This document shows, piece by piece, positions 40,498 through 49,489 of a stretch of 64,000 nt of DNA (positions are counted from its first letter, which is position 1; each line of letters starts with the position of its first letter). The notes under the pieces are model-generated. The model saw only the letters and a list, made by a program, of their open reading frames with translations. It did no database searches and was not told the DNA's origin. The stretch comes from an uncultured Candidatus Rokubacteria bacterium (GTDB lineage: Bacteria > Methylomirabilota > Methylomirabilia > Rokubacteriales > CSP1-6). Location: the NCBI GenBank assembly GCA_963754315.1, contig CAVWFS010000007.1, positions 544,001 through 608,000 of the forward strand. Reading direction: 5' to 3'. Made by a program: the position numbers and the translations under genes.

Positions 40498-41721
40498 ATG
40501 GGGAGAAAGACCGTGGCACTGGGTGTCGCGGCCCTCGGCGCCGTCTCGGTGGGGGTCTTGGTGGCTCGTGGTCTGCGGGGGCCCTCGCGGCTTCCGGCGG
40601 TGCCCGAGGAGCTCACGACCCGAGCCGAGGTTCCCGGGATTCCGCGCGTCAGGTACTGGGTGGGCGTCGACATCGAGCGGTTCGTACGCGACGTGCTCGA
40701 GGCACGGGAGCGTGAGGCGAAGCACCGGGCACGTTCAGGGTTTGAGGGAGCGCTACCGGCCGCCACGCTGCTCGGGGTGTCGGGCGGAGGCGATAACGGA
40801 GCCTTCGGCGCGGGGCTGCTCTGCGGCTGGACCGAGTCGGGGCAGCGACCTCAGTTCAAGGCAGTCACGGGGGTCAGCACCGGGGCTCTGATCGCGCCCT
40901 TCGCGTTCGCCGGCCCCGAGTACGATCACGTGCTGCGCAGCGTCTTCACGTCGGTGGGTCCGTCCGACGTCGCACATAAGCGAAGCCTGCTCGCGGCGAT
41001 CAACAACGATGCGATGGCCGACAACCGGCCCCTCTGGGGACAGATCTCGCGGTACGCCGACGAGGGTCTGCTCAAGAAAATCGCGGAGGAGCATGCGAAC
41101 GGGCGCATCCTCCTGGTGGGGACGACGAACCTCGACGCACGCCAGCCGGTGGTCTGGAACATGGGGAAGATCGCGGCCAGCGGCGCCCCCGGGGCGCTCC
41201 ACCTGTTCCGCACCATCCTCCTGGCCTCGGCCGCGATCCCCATGGCGCTTCCCCCGACCATGGTCCGGGTCGAGGCGGATGGCGAGACCTATGAAGAGAT
41301 GCACGTGGATGGCGGAGCTTCCGCGCAGATCTTCCTCTACCCGCCAAGCATGTGCGGCGTGGCCGCCTCTCTTGGGGAGGAACTGACCCGCAAGTTTCGC
41401 GTCTATATCATCCGCAATTCCCCGGGGCGCGCTTCGTGGGCGCCCGTCAAGCGGCAGACCATCAGCATCGCCGGCCCGGCGATCATGTCGCTCATTCACA
41501 CTCAGGGATTCGGAGATCTCTACCGCATCTACGCCACGACGCAGCGCGACGGGCTCGACTTCAACCTGGCCTTCATCGACGACGACTTCAACGCGGAGCA
41601 CCCGGAGGAGTTCGACACCCAGTACATGCGGGCGCTGTTCGACTATGGGTTCCGTCAGGGCCGGGATGGCTACCCGTGGAAGAAGACCCCTCCCCGGTTC
41701 GATCCCACCATGAGCCCCTGA
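40498..41721 (+). CDS. Patatin-like phospholipase
   Basis: SGGGDNGAFGAG oxyanion loop, GVSTG nucleophile, ASAAIP and HVDGG motifs. Confidence 0.92.
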   Translation: MGRKTVALGVAALGAVSVGVLVARGLRGPSRLPAVPEELTTRAEVPGIPRVRYWVGVDIERFVRDVLEAREREAKHRARSGFEGALPAATLLGVSGGGDNGAFGAGLLCGWTESGQRPQFKAVTGVSTGALIAPFAFAGPEYDHVLRSVFTSVGPSDVAHKRSLLAAINNDAMADNRPLWGQISRYADEGLLKKIAEEHANGRILLVGTTNLDARQPVVWNMGKIAASGAPGALHLFRTILLASAAIPMALPPTMVRVEADGETYEEMHVDGGASAQIFLYPPSMCGVAASLGEELTRKFRVYIIRNSPGRASWAPVKRQTISIAGPAIMSLIHTQGFGDLYRIYATTQRDGLDFNLAFIDDDFNAEHPEEFDTQYMRALFDYGFRQGRDGYPWKKTPPRFDPTMSP

Positions 41722-41937
41722 TCGTCCGCGGCCCGCGCTCGGTCTGCCTGTCGCAAACTCGTCCGCCGGCCTGTGCCTCGCCAAGACTCGACCAGTGCAA
41801 GCTGTTGATCTCTCAGCGATGATCCGGAGGCAATCCGCTCAATGGTTGGGTCCGCCGTCGACGGGCAGGCCACGTCAGCGGCGGTGTCAGCAGTCGCCAA
41901 CGGCAGAATTACGGCAGAATCCTGGCCGGACACACGA

Positions 41938-41969
41938 AAGGGGTTACGGGTATCAACCCGTAACCCCTT
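41938..41969 (-). terminator. Hairpin downstream of tRNA-Gly
   Basis: AAGGGGTTACGGG-TATCAA-CCCGTAACCCCTT is a perfect 13-bp inverted repeat ~10 bp past the tRNA 3' end. Confidence 0.6.
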
Positions 41970-41978
41970 GGGTTTATG

Positions 41979-42053
<75 letters not shown>

Positions 42054-42072
42054 CCGGCTAGCGGGTATTGTA

Positions 42073-43626
42073 CTATGAGGGCGACTTCAGCGACATGTCG
42101 TACGCCTTCAGCAACTCGTCGCTGCGCGCCTTCCAGTTGAGCCGCTTGCTGACCCCGTACAGATCGACCTGCTGGTAGAGCGGAACCGCCGGTACCTCCT
42201 CGACCCACAGCTTGTTGATGCGCCAGTACTGGTCCTGACGCTTCTTCTCGTCCATGATCGTCTGGGCCTCGTCCACCATCCGGTTGAAATCCTCGTTGTG
42301 CCAGTTCACGAAGATGTTCCCGGAGCGGAAGAGCGGTACGTAGACCGTCTCGGCGTCGACGGTGGGCGTCCCCCAACCGATGAGCCAGACGGGTCCGGCC
42401 TTGTGGACGTACACCATGTTGTTGAGATAGTTCACGAACTCGAATGTCCGCAAGGTCGTCCGGATCCCGGCCTTGTTCAGCTGCCCCGTCACGGCTTCCG
42501 CGACTTCCTTGTCGCGAACGTAGCGTCCCTGGGGACCGTTGAGGACGATGTCAACGCCGTTGGGGAAGCCCGCCTCACTCAGCAGCTTCTTGGTCTTGGC
42601 CAGATCCTGCTTGATGGGCTTGAGGTTCGGATCGAACCCGAAGTGCATGCTGGTCAGCATGGTCGCCGCGCGCATGGCCTTGCCGTCAAGAACACCCTGG
42701 ATGATCTCGTCGGCATCGACGGCGGAGGCGATGGCCTGCCGCACTCGCTTATCAGCGGTAGGGCCGGCGTAGGGTCCCACCGGTTTGTGCTGGGCGTCCA
42801 TCTGGTGCGTGTACATCATCAGCTGGATTGTGCGGATGCTCGGGGCCGTCGACAGGAAGAGCTTCGGATGGTTCCCGATGATCGTGGCCAGATGCGGCGG
42901 AATGTTCACGGCCACGTCGATCTCACCGTTCTGGAGGGCAGCCACCCGCACCGCGTCGTCGGGGATCGGCCGGAACACCACGGTCTTGATCTTGGGCTCG
43001 CCGCGCCAGTTCGCCGGGAAGGCCTCCAGCACGATCTCTTCGTCCTTCGACCATCGCACGAACTTATAGGCGCCTGTCCCAATGGGACCCCGGGAGATGG
43101 CCGCGGTATCCTTGTTCGCGTACTCTTTGGGCGGATACATGGCCGCCTGGCGAAAGGTGAGCGCGTTGACCAGGATAGGCCAGGGCTTCTTCGTGTGGAC
43201 GCGGACCGTGTAGGCGTCGACGACTTCGACCCTGTCGATGGGGCCGAACGAGGAGCTTCCCCGCAGCTTGTTGGCGGGATTGGCCACTCGTTCGAGGCTG
43301 AACTTCACCGCGTCCGCGTTGAATTCCTCGCCGTTGTGAAACTTCACACCCTTGCGGAGCTTGATCTCCCATACGGTCGGTGTCACCAGCTTTGGCAACT
43401 CGGCGGCCAAGGCCGGCACGACTTTGAGGTTCTGGTCCCGCTCGACGAGGGTGTCGAACATCTGGGCGCCCACGTTCGAGGCCGGCTGCTCCTGCTGGTT
43501 CATCATGTCGAGCGTGGTCGGATCAACGCCTTGGGCGATGACCACCTTGCCGACGGGGGCGGCGCTGGCAGCCACGGGGGCGGCCAGCAAAGCCAGAACA
43601 GATACAACGGTGCGCCATGGTTTCAT
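42073..43626 (-). CDS. ABC transporter substrate-binding protein, family 5 (peptide/nickel), stand-alone
   Basis: Signal peptide, LRKGVKFHNGEEFNADAVKFS, PIGTGAYKF and RVRQAI motifs. Confidence 0.92.
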   Translation of the reverse strand: MKPWRTVVSVLALLAAPVAASAAPVGKVVIAQGVDPTTLDMMNQQEQPASNVGAQMFDTLVERDQNLKVVPALAAELPKLVTPTVWEIKLRKGVKFHNGEEFNADAVKFSLERVANPANKLRGSSSFGPIDRVEVVDAYTVRVHTKKPWPILVNALTFRQAAMYPPKEYANKDTAAISRGPIGTGAYKFVRWSKDEEIVLEAFPANWRGEPKIKTVVFRPIPDDAVRVAALQNGEIDVAVNIPPHLATIIGNHPKLFLSTAPSIRTIQLMMYTHQMDAQHKPVGPYAGPTADKRVRQAIASAVDADEIIQGVLDGKAMRAATMLTSMHFGFDPNLKPIKQDLAKTKKLLSEAGFPNGVDIVLNGPQGRYVRDKEVAEAVTGQLNKAGIRTTLRTFEFVNYLNNMVYVHKAGPVWLIGWGTPTVDAETVYVPLFRSGNIFVNWHNEDFNRMVDEAQTIMDEKKRQDQYWRINKLWVEEVPAVPLYQQVDLYGVSKRLNWKARSDELLKAYDMSLKSPS

Positions 43627-43692
43627 TGAAGCCTCCTCCATCGAGGGGATCGTTCCCGAAGCATGCCGCCCTGCGGCAGAGTGCCCGATACT

Positions 43693-45129
43693 CTAGAGAC
43701 GGCGGCCCGGTGAGTCAAGAAACGCCAGGGCTTCCTCCCGGGTTCCGACCTTTCCCAAGGCCTGGGCCTCTCGCGCGCGGGCAAGGAGGCGCCCAACGGC
43801 CGGACCGGGACCGATCCCGAAGTGTCCCATCACGTCCTCCCCTCGGAGCAGAGGTGGAGCCGTCTCAGCTTCGAGAGCCTTGGTCTGGCTCGCCAGAAGG
43901 TGCCGCACGACGATAGCCCGCCGCCAGACCGACAGGGGTGAGGTGCCGGTCACGGCGGCCCCATCGACAAGCGCCAGCAGGAGGAGGTCACGAGCCTCGT
44001 CGCCCAGGTCCCGGAAGAACCGATAGCGGGCTCGTGCGGTTACCGTACCGGCCTGGGCGAGGTGCATTGGCCTCAAGTGGTGACGGACCAGGCGCTCCAC
44101 CACCTCCGTGGCCCGCTTCGGCAAGCGCAGACGCTCCCCGATGCCCCGGACGCGACGGGCGCCGATCACATCGTGCTCGAAGAACCTGACTCGACCGTGG
44201 ATCACCTGCCGGGTCTCCGGCTTGGCGACGTCGTGAAGAAGGGCGGCGATCTTGAGCGTCTGACGCCGATCCACGCCGCCCCCGAGTTGCTCGAGCATGT
44301 GCGCGCCGAGATCATCGCCGAACGGGGCCAGTATCGGGAGGCGCTCTAGCAGCCGATCGGCGCCAGCCAGCGCGCGCATGGAGTGCTCCAGGACCGCGAA
44401 GCGGTGGGGTGCTGGTTGGGACGTGACCCGCATCGGCTCCACTTCGGGCATCACCACGCTCAGCAGCCCCAGGGTGTCCATTCGTCTGAATGCGCGGGCG
44501 GAGGTCAGGGTCGCCAGAATCGCCAGCAACTCCTCCCGAATGCGTTCGGCAGACACCCGGGTGAGATCCCCGGCGGAGGCATGGATGGCACGTCGGGTCG
44601 ATCGGGTCAGCGTGAAACCCAGGGCCGCCTCGAGACGAACACCGCGAAGCCCCCGGAGCGGGTCATCGATCAATGCGGCTTGCCCGGTGAGGCGCAGGCG
44701 GCGCGCCCGGAGATCGCCGAGCCCTCCGGTGGGATCGATCACGCGCGCCCGTCCGTTTCGCAAGAGCTCACGCAGCGGTACCGCGAGAGCGTTGACCCGG
44801 TAGTCCCGGAGGGCAAGGTCGCTCGCCAAGGTAGGAGCCCGAAAGTCGGTGACGTCGATCCGGTGATCGCGCGCGATGATCCGGGTCGCACCACGCTCGG
44901 CATCGAGGACCACGACCGCCCCGTCCAGCAACGCGCCGGCGCGCTGAGCGAAGGCGAGAGCCCCGTGCTCCACGGCGACGTCGACGTCGACACCCGGCCG
45001 CCTCAGCAGCCCGTCGCGTACGCTGCCGCCCACGAGCGCGGGCGACGCTCGCGGTCCGGCCGCTCGCAGCAGGGCGCGCAGGATGGCGATCGTCGACACG
45101 CCCAGCCGGTCGAGCGCGAAGGTGGCCAT
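43693..45129 (-). CDS. Class II tRNA nucleotidyltransferase with HD domain (probably CC-adding)
   Basis: VGGSVRD..DVDV, DLALRDYRVNALA, DDPLRGLR, VSAERIREE and LLHDVAKP motifs. Confidence 0.85.
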   Translation of the reverse strand: MATFALDRLGVSTIAILRALLRAAGPRASPALVGGSVRDGLLRRPGVDVDVAVEHGALAFAQRAGALLDGAVVVLDAERGATRIIARDHRIDVTDFRAPTLASDLALRDYRVNALAVPLRELLRNGRARVIDPTGGLGDLRARRLRLTGQAALIDDPLRGLRGVRLEAALGFTLTRSTRRAIHASAGDLTRVSAERIREELLAILATLTSARAFRRMDTLGLLSVVMPEVEPMRVTSQPAPHRFAVLEHSMRALAGADRLLERLPILAPFGDDLGAHMLEQLGGGVDRRQTLKIAALLHDVAKPETRQVIHGRVRFFEHDVIGARRVRGIGERLRLPKRATEVVERLVRHHLRPMHLAQAGTVTARARYRFFRDLGDEARDLLLLALVDGAAVTGTSPLSVWRRAIVVRHLLASQTKALEAETAPPLLRGEDVMGHFGIGPGPAVGRLLARAREAQALGKVGTREEALAFLDSPGRRL

Positions 45130-45157
45130 GGTACCCTCCACTCTAGCCCGGGGACCC

Positions 45158-45976
45158 GTGCGCTACTTTGACGCCCACGTTCATCTGCATCCGACCCGAC
45201 TGGCCACCGCCATCAGCCAGTGGTTCGCCCGGGAGAACTGGCATGCCGCCCACTCCTTCGATCCGCAGGCGGTCGTCGATACGCTGCGCGCGCGGGGCGT
45301 CGATCGTTTCTGCTTCTTCACCTACGGTCACAAGCCCGGCATGGCCCGCGCGCTCAATGAGTGGGTGGCGGAGACCGCTTCACGCTTTCCCGAAGCCATC
45401 CCTCTCGGAACCCTGCACGCCGATGAGGCGGACGTCGAGGCCACCGCGCGCGACGCGCTGGAGGGGCTCGGCCTGCGCGGCTTCAAGTTCCACCACTCCG
45501 TCCAGCGCTTTCACGTCGATGACCCTCGCCTGTTCCCCGTGTACGAGCGCTGCGAAGCGGAGGGACATTGCTTCATGCTGCACGTGGGTACGATGCCCTA
45601 CCGGGATCCCTTCACCGGCTACGAGCGCTTCGCCCGGGTGATGGCTCGCTTTCCACGGCTTCGCGTGTGCGTGGCCCATATGGGCGCCTTCGAGAGCGAT
45701 CGCTTCCTGGCCCTCACCGCGCGCTACCCACACCTCTACCTCGATACCACCATGGCCCTGACCAGCGCCGCCACTCCGTACGTGGGCGCCGAGCCCACCG
45801 CGATCACGGACGACGAGCTCCTACGCTATCAAGACCGCATCATGTTCGGCTCGGACTTTCCGCTGATCCCCTACGACTATGACGAGGAACGGCGGTGGGC
45901 GGAGGCCCGAGGCCTGCCCGCCGCCGTGCAGGCCAAGATCTTCCACGATAATGCGGTAGCGTTTTTTGGGGCCTAG
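45158..45976 (+). CDS. Amidohydrolase_2 family metal-dependent hydrolase
   Basis: DAHVH, GFKFHH, LHVG, AHMG and FGSDFP motifs. Confidence 0.9.
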   Translation: MRYFDAHVHLHPTRLATAISQWFARENWHAAHSFDPQAVVDTLRARGVDRFCFFTYGHKPGMARALNEWVAETASRFPEAIPLGTLHADEADVEATARDALEGLGLRGFKFHHSVQRFHVDDPRLFPVYERCEAEGHCFMLHVGTMPYRDPFTGYERFARVMARFPRLRVCVAHMGAFESDRFLALTARYPHLYLDTTMALTSAATPYVGAEPTAITDDELLRYQDRIMFGSDFPLIPYDYDEERRWAEARGLPAAVQAKIFHDNAVAFFGA

Positions 45977-46860
45977 CGAAGCTCGAGCCCCTCGGCGCCG
46001 ATCCGGTACTCGGCAATCTCGTCGCTCATGGCGCTGCCCCGATGTTTGACGACGCATAGCATGCGCGCCAGCCGGGGGCCGACGCGCTCGCTGCCCATGA
46101 CGATGATCGTGTTGGCGGTGGCGCCGATGTCACCGGTGGCCACCTTGCGCGCCAAGAGATCTTCCAGACGGGTCTCCTCGGTCGTGACGAGCAAGAGGGT
46201 GGCGATTCGCGTGTGGTCGTAGCAATGGCCATCGATGAACTCGCGATGCTTCCACACGGGCATGCAGATCTCCATGCCCACGGTCTCCGCGTCACGATGG
46301 ATCACCTTCCGGTACAGCTCATCGAAGATGAAAAACTGGATGGAATCGGCGGGAGAATCCATCGGCTCCACGCCGTCGACCGTCACTCGCCGCGTGCCGG
46401 CGGCGAAGTGAAAGTAGAGGAACGGCCGCACCGTGTAGAGCGCCTGGTTATAACTGGCCTTCCAGTTCCAGTCGAACTCCCAGCCGCTGTCGACAGTGGG
46501 GACCTGGAAGTCGCGCACCCGACCCACCCACGGCAACGCGTTCGAGTAGAAGGCTTCCATCGCGGCCGGCGGTGGGTAGGGGTCGGCCATGGGGACGACC
46601 GTGTGGGACCACGCGCGCAGGGTCCATCGGAAGAGCCGCGCCGCGTATTCGTCGTGTTGCTGGGAATCGCCGCGACCATTGAGGTCGAGAATCACGCCGC
46701 GCGCACCGTCGGCCGTCCGTCCGTAATCGGCGAAGGTCAAGCCGAGATGGGTCTTGCCGATTCCGGTGGCCCCATACACCACGGTCAGTGTTCCGGGAAG
46801 GAGGCCGCCGCCGAGCATCGCATCGAGCTTGGGAATACCGGTCGAGACACGTTCACTCAC
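45973..46860 (-). CDS. Single-domain KaiC/RAD55 (RecA-superfamily) ATPase
   Basis: STGIPKLDAMLGGGL, Walker A GATGIGKT, VTVDG and VVKHRGS (KxR) motifs. Confidence 0.82.
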   Translation of the reverse strand: MSERVSTGIPKLDAMLGGGLLPGTLTVVYGATGIGKTHLGLTFADYGRTADGARGVILDLNGRGDSQQHDEYAARLFRWTLRAWSHTVVPMADPYPPPAAMEAFYSNALPWVGRVRDFQVPTVDSGWEFDWNWKASYNQALYTVRPFLYFHFAAGTRRVTVDGVEPMDSPADSIQFFIFDELYRKVIHRDAETVGMEICMPVWKHREFIDGHCYDHTRIATLLLVTTEETRLEDLLARKVATGDIGATANTIIVMGSERVGPRLARMLCVVKHRGSAMSDEIAEYRIGAEGLELR

Positions 46861-46879
46861 AGGCGCGAATTGTAGCAGG

Positions 46880-48436
46880 CTAGACCAGCCCCTTGGTCTC
46901 AAACTGCTGCTCGTAGCGGGCACGGAGTTCGGCCAAGGTGGTGGCCTGGGCAGGATCCTTGTCGTCACGGACTCGCACGATGCGCGCGAAGCGCAGGGCC
47001 AGCCCCGACCGGTAAGTCGGGCTCTTCTGAATCTCGTTATACGCGACCTCCACCACCGTCTGGGGCCGCACGCGGACCGTATAGCCATCGTCGCTCACGG
47101 CCAGGCCGCGCAAGCGCACGGTCATCTCGGCGAACTCGTGGTCGGTCAATCCCTTGAAGGTCTTCCCCACCTCGGCGTAGCCGACGTTGTCCAGCACCGC
47201 GAGGTGGTAGTTCGAGAGCCACCCGCGGCGGCGGCCGGACCCGCGGTCGGCGGCCACGATGACGCAGTCGATCGTGTCCGGGCTCTTCAGCTTGAACCAG
47301 CGCTTGCCTCGGCTTCCTGGAGCGTAGAGGCTGTCGAGGTCCTTGGCCATCACGCCCTCATGACCGGCCGCCCGGGCCCGAGCATGGAACTGCTGTCCAG
47401 CCTCGACCGTGGTGACGATCTCCCGCTCGGCGAGATGGCTACCACCCGTCATCTGGACGAGCGCATTCCAGCGCGTCTGGTAGGGCTCGTCGATTAACGA
47501 GCGCCCCTCGACCATGAGGCAGTCGAAGAGGTGGAGGCTCAGCGGCACTTCACCCACGAGCGACGGGACGTCGTGAATCCTTCGAAACCTGCGCATCAAC
47601 TCCTGAAAGGGCCGCGGCCGGCCCGCCCCGTCGAGCGCCACGACCTCGCCGTCCACGATGAGGGGAGCTCCGCGCACGTCACGGCGGACCAGGGAGGCGA
47701 GGTCCGGTAGGCTGGTCGTGATGTCGGCGAGGCCTCGCGTCCAGATCGCCACCCGCGAGCCATCGCTGTGCAGTTGGGCCCGGGCGCCGTCGTACTTGTA
47801 TTCGAGGGCCGTGCGGCCATTGTGCGCGGCCAGGACCTCGCCGAAATCGGTGGCTATCTCTGCCAGCATGGGCAGCAATGGGACGAACAGCTGCGGGCCG
47901 ACCTTCGCCAGGGCCTCGGCGCTTCCCCGGCGTGCGAGAGCCGCCACCGCGGACAGGTCCCCGAGAAAGAGCATGGCGCGGCGTACGAGCTCGGCGTCGG
48001 CGCCCGCGGCTTCGGCGATCGCCTCGAGGACGATCCCTTCCGAGGCGCCCGTTCGCATTTCGCCCTCGACGATCCTGCCCAGAATCTCACGCTCGTCCGC
48101 CGAGGCGCGCTCGATCAGGGAAGACAACTGCCCTTCGCGAAGCCGGCGAGCGCCGGGACCGGCAACATCGGCCACAGCGCCGAACGCGGCGGCCACGTCG
48201 GCGATGGTGAGGGGCGGTGACGAAGGCACCGGCTGTGCGGCGGGAAGTCCTCGCACACTCAACACGCGCCGGTCCGAGGCCGGAAACGCTCGGCCCGTGA
48301 GAAAGGCAACGGCACTCTCGATCTCCGCCGGATCGAGACCGCGTAGGAACTCCGCGAGGAGGCGGCGTTTCTCGAGGCGCCCACGGCTGTCCGCCAAGCG
48401 CCGACACAGCGACACGAGCTCCCCGAACGGTGTCAC
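46880..48436 (-). CDS. ATP-dependent DNA ligase (LigB/archaeal-type with N-terminal DNA-binding domain)
   Basis: EYKYDGAR (motif I), VDGEVV, EGVMAK, WFKLK and LRFARIVRVRDDK motifs. Confidence 0.93.
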   Translation of the reverse strand: MTPFGELVSLCRRLADSRGRLEKRRLLAEFLRGLDPAEIESAVAFLTGRAFPASDRRVLSVRGLPAAQPVPSSPPLTIADVAAAFGAVADVAGPGARRLREGQLSSLIERASADEREILGRIVEGEMRTGASEGIVLEAIAEAAGADAELVRRAMLFLGDLSAVAALARRGSAEALAKVGPQLFVPLLPMLAEIATDFGEVLAAHNGRTALEYKYDGARAQLHSDGSRVAIWTRGLADITTSLPDLASLVRRDVRGAPLIVDGEVVALDGAGRPRPFQELMRRFRRIHDVPSLVGEVPLSLHLFDCLMVEGRSLIDEPYQTRWNALVQMTGGSHLAEREIVTTVEAGQQFHARARAAGHEGVMAKDLDSLYAPGSRGKRWFKLKSPDTIDCVIVAADRGSGRRRGWLSNYHLAVLDNVGYAEVGKTFKGLTDHEFAEMTVRLRGLAVSDDGYTVRVRPQTVVEVAYNEIQKSPTYRSGLALRFARIVRVRDDKDPAQATTLAELRARYEQQFETKGLV

Positions 48437-48464
48437 TCGTCCATTATCGGACAGCGCATCGGCG

Positions 48465-48737
48465 TCAGGCCGCGATCAACAGGGCGACGAGAGCCCAGGC
48501 AGCAAGACCGCCGAGAGCCAGGAACGCCCGTCCGCTTTCTTGCACTGCGGCACGGGCAGTCCTCACCTGTTGAGTATTCTTGGCCAAAAAAAAGGGCCGT
48601 CGGCGAGCAGGTTGCTCGGCGAGGCCGATTCGACTACGCCGGGACCGTGACCGTGCCATTGCCGCTGAGCCGCGCCTGAAACACCGGCTGAGTACGCGAT
48701 TGCGGAGAGATGGGTATCGTGACGTTCTTGCTTGCAT
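48465..48737 (-). CDS. Small basic protein with C-terminal TM helix
   Basis: GGAAGGAAGG RBS, 26 bp downstream of lexA. Arg-rich N-part and a hydrophobic tail AFLALGGLAAWALVALLIAA. Confidence 0.55.
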   Translation of the reverse strand: MQARTSRYPSLRNRVLSRCFRRGSAAMARSRSRRSRIGLAEQPARRRPFFLAKNTQQVRTARAAVQESGRAFLALGGLAAWALVALLIAA

Positions 48738-48763
48738 GAGTAACCTTCCTTCCGGAATTGCTT

Positions 48764-49399
48764 CTAGAAACCCCTGACGACGCCGATGACCTTGCCGAGG
48801 ATCTTGAGGGCTCGCGAGCGCAGGTCGACGACGATCGGTCCCAGTGCCGGATTCTCGGGTTTGAGGACAACGCGCGACCCGTCGGGAACGAAGCGCTTCA
48901 CGGTCGCTTCCGCTTCGGCCCCCTCTCCCAGCATGGCCACCACGATGTCGTTCGGCTCGGCTGCGCCCTGCTTTCTGACGATGACCAGGTCCCCGTCGCA
49001 GATGTGAGCCCCGATCATGCTGTCACCGCGGACGCGCAGGGCAAAAAAGTCCTCGGCAGGGCCTGGCAGCGCGCTCGCGGCAAGCGGCAACTCTCCGTCA
49101 CGGTGCTCCTCGGCCAGCAACGGCGCGCCGGCCGCGATGCGCCCGAGCACCGGCACTCGTCGGAACTCACCCGCTTGCGGGGGCCGAGCCACGGTGAGAG
49201 CGCGTGATGTTCGGCCAGCGCTTTCGCGTCGCTTGAGAGCCCCCTTCCGCTCCAGTGCTCTCAGGTGATCAAACGCCGCTCGCGGTGTCACCCGAAAGCG
49301 CTCGCCGATCTCCCGAACAGTCGGAGGCATGCCGTGCTGAACGGTGAAGGCGCCGATGAACGTGAGGACGTCTTGCTGCCGTTCAGTGAGCTCGCGCAT
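48764..49399 (-). CDS. lexA: SOS repressor LexA
   Basis: LTERQ..PPTVREIG wHTH, VPVLGRIAAG (Ala-Gly cleavage site), VRGDSM (Ser) and ATVKRF (Lys). Confidence 0.96.
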   Translation of the reverse strand: MRELTERQQDVLTFIGAFTVQHGMPPTVREIGERFRVTPRAAFDHLRALERKGALKRRESAGRTSRALTVARPPQAGEFRRVPVLGRIAAGAPLLAEEHRDGELPLAASALPGPAEDFFALRVRGDSMIGAHICDGDLVIVRKQGAAEPNDIVVAMLGEGAEAEATVKRFVPDGSRVVLKPENPALGPIVVDLRSRALKILGKVIGVVRGF

Positions 49400-49417
49400 G
49401 CCCTTCCCTCCGCCGGC

Positions 49418-49447
49418 CAACATACTCAACGTATGTTGAGAAGTCAA
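49418..49447 (-). promoter_or_regulatory. lexA sigma70 promoter with embedded palindromic operator candidate
   Basis: Minus strand reads TTGACT-N17-TATGTT. The spacer contains CTCAAC-ATAC-GTTGAG, and CAACATAC-N5-GTATGTTG overlaps it. Confidence 0.7.
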
Positions 49448-49489
49448 CTTTTGTGGCATGGGCGCGAAACGCGAAACGAGCCTGAAGAG

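Noticed and set aside
45973..46860. Circadian clock KaiC or recA
   Set aside because: It has a single ATPase domain, no kaiA/kaiB nearby, and no RecA-specific signatures.
48561..48585. Second LexA box ahead of the ligase (CTCACCTGTTGAGTATT)
   Set aside because: It shares GTTGAGTAT with the lexA promoter, but the spacing and left half-site differ and it lies within an ORF.
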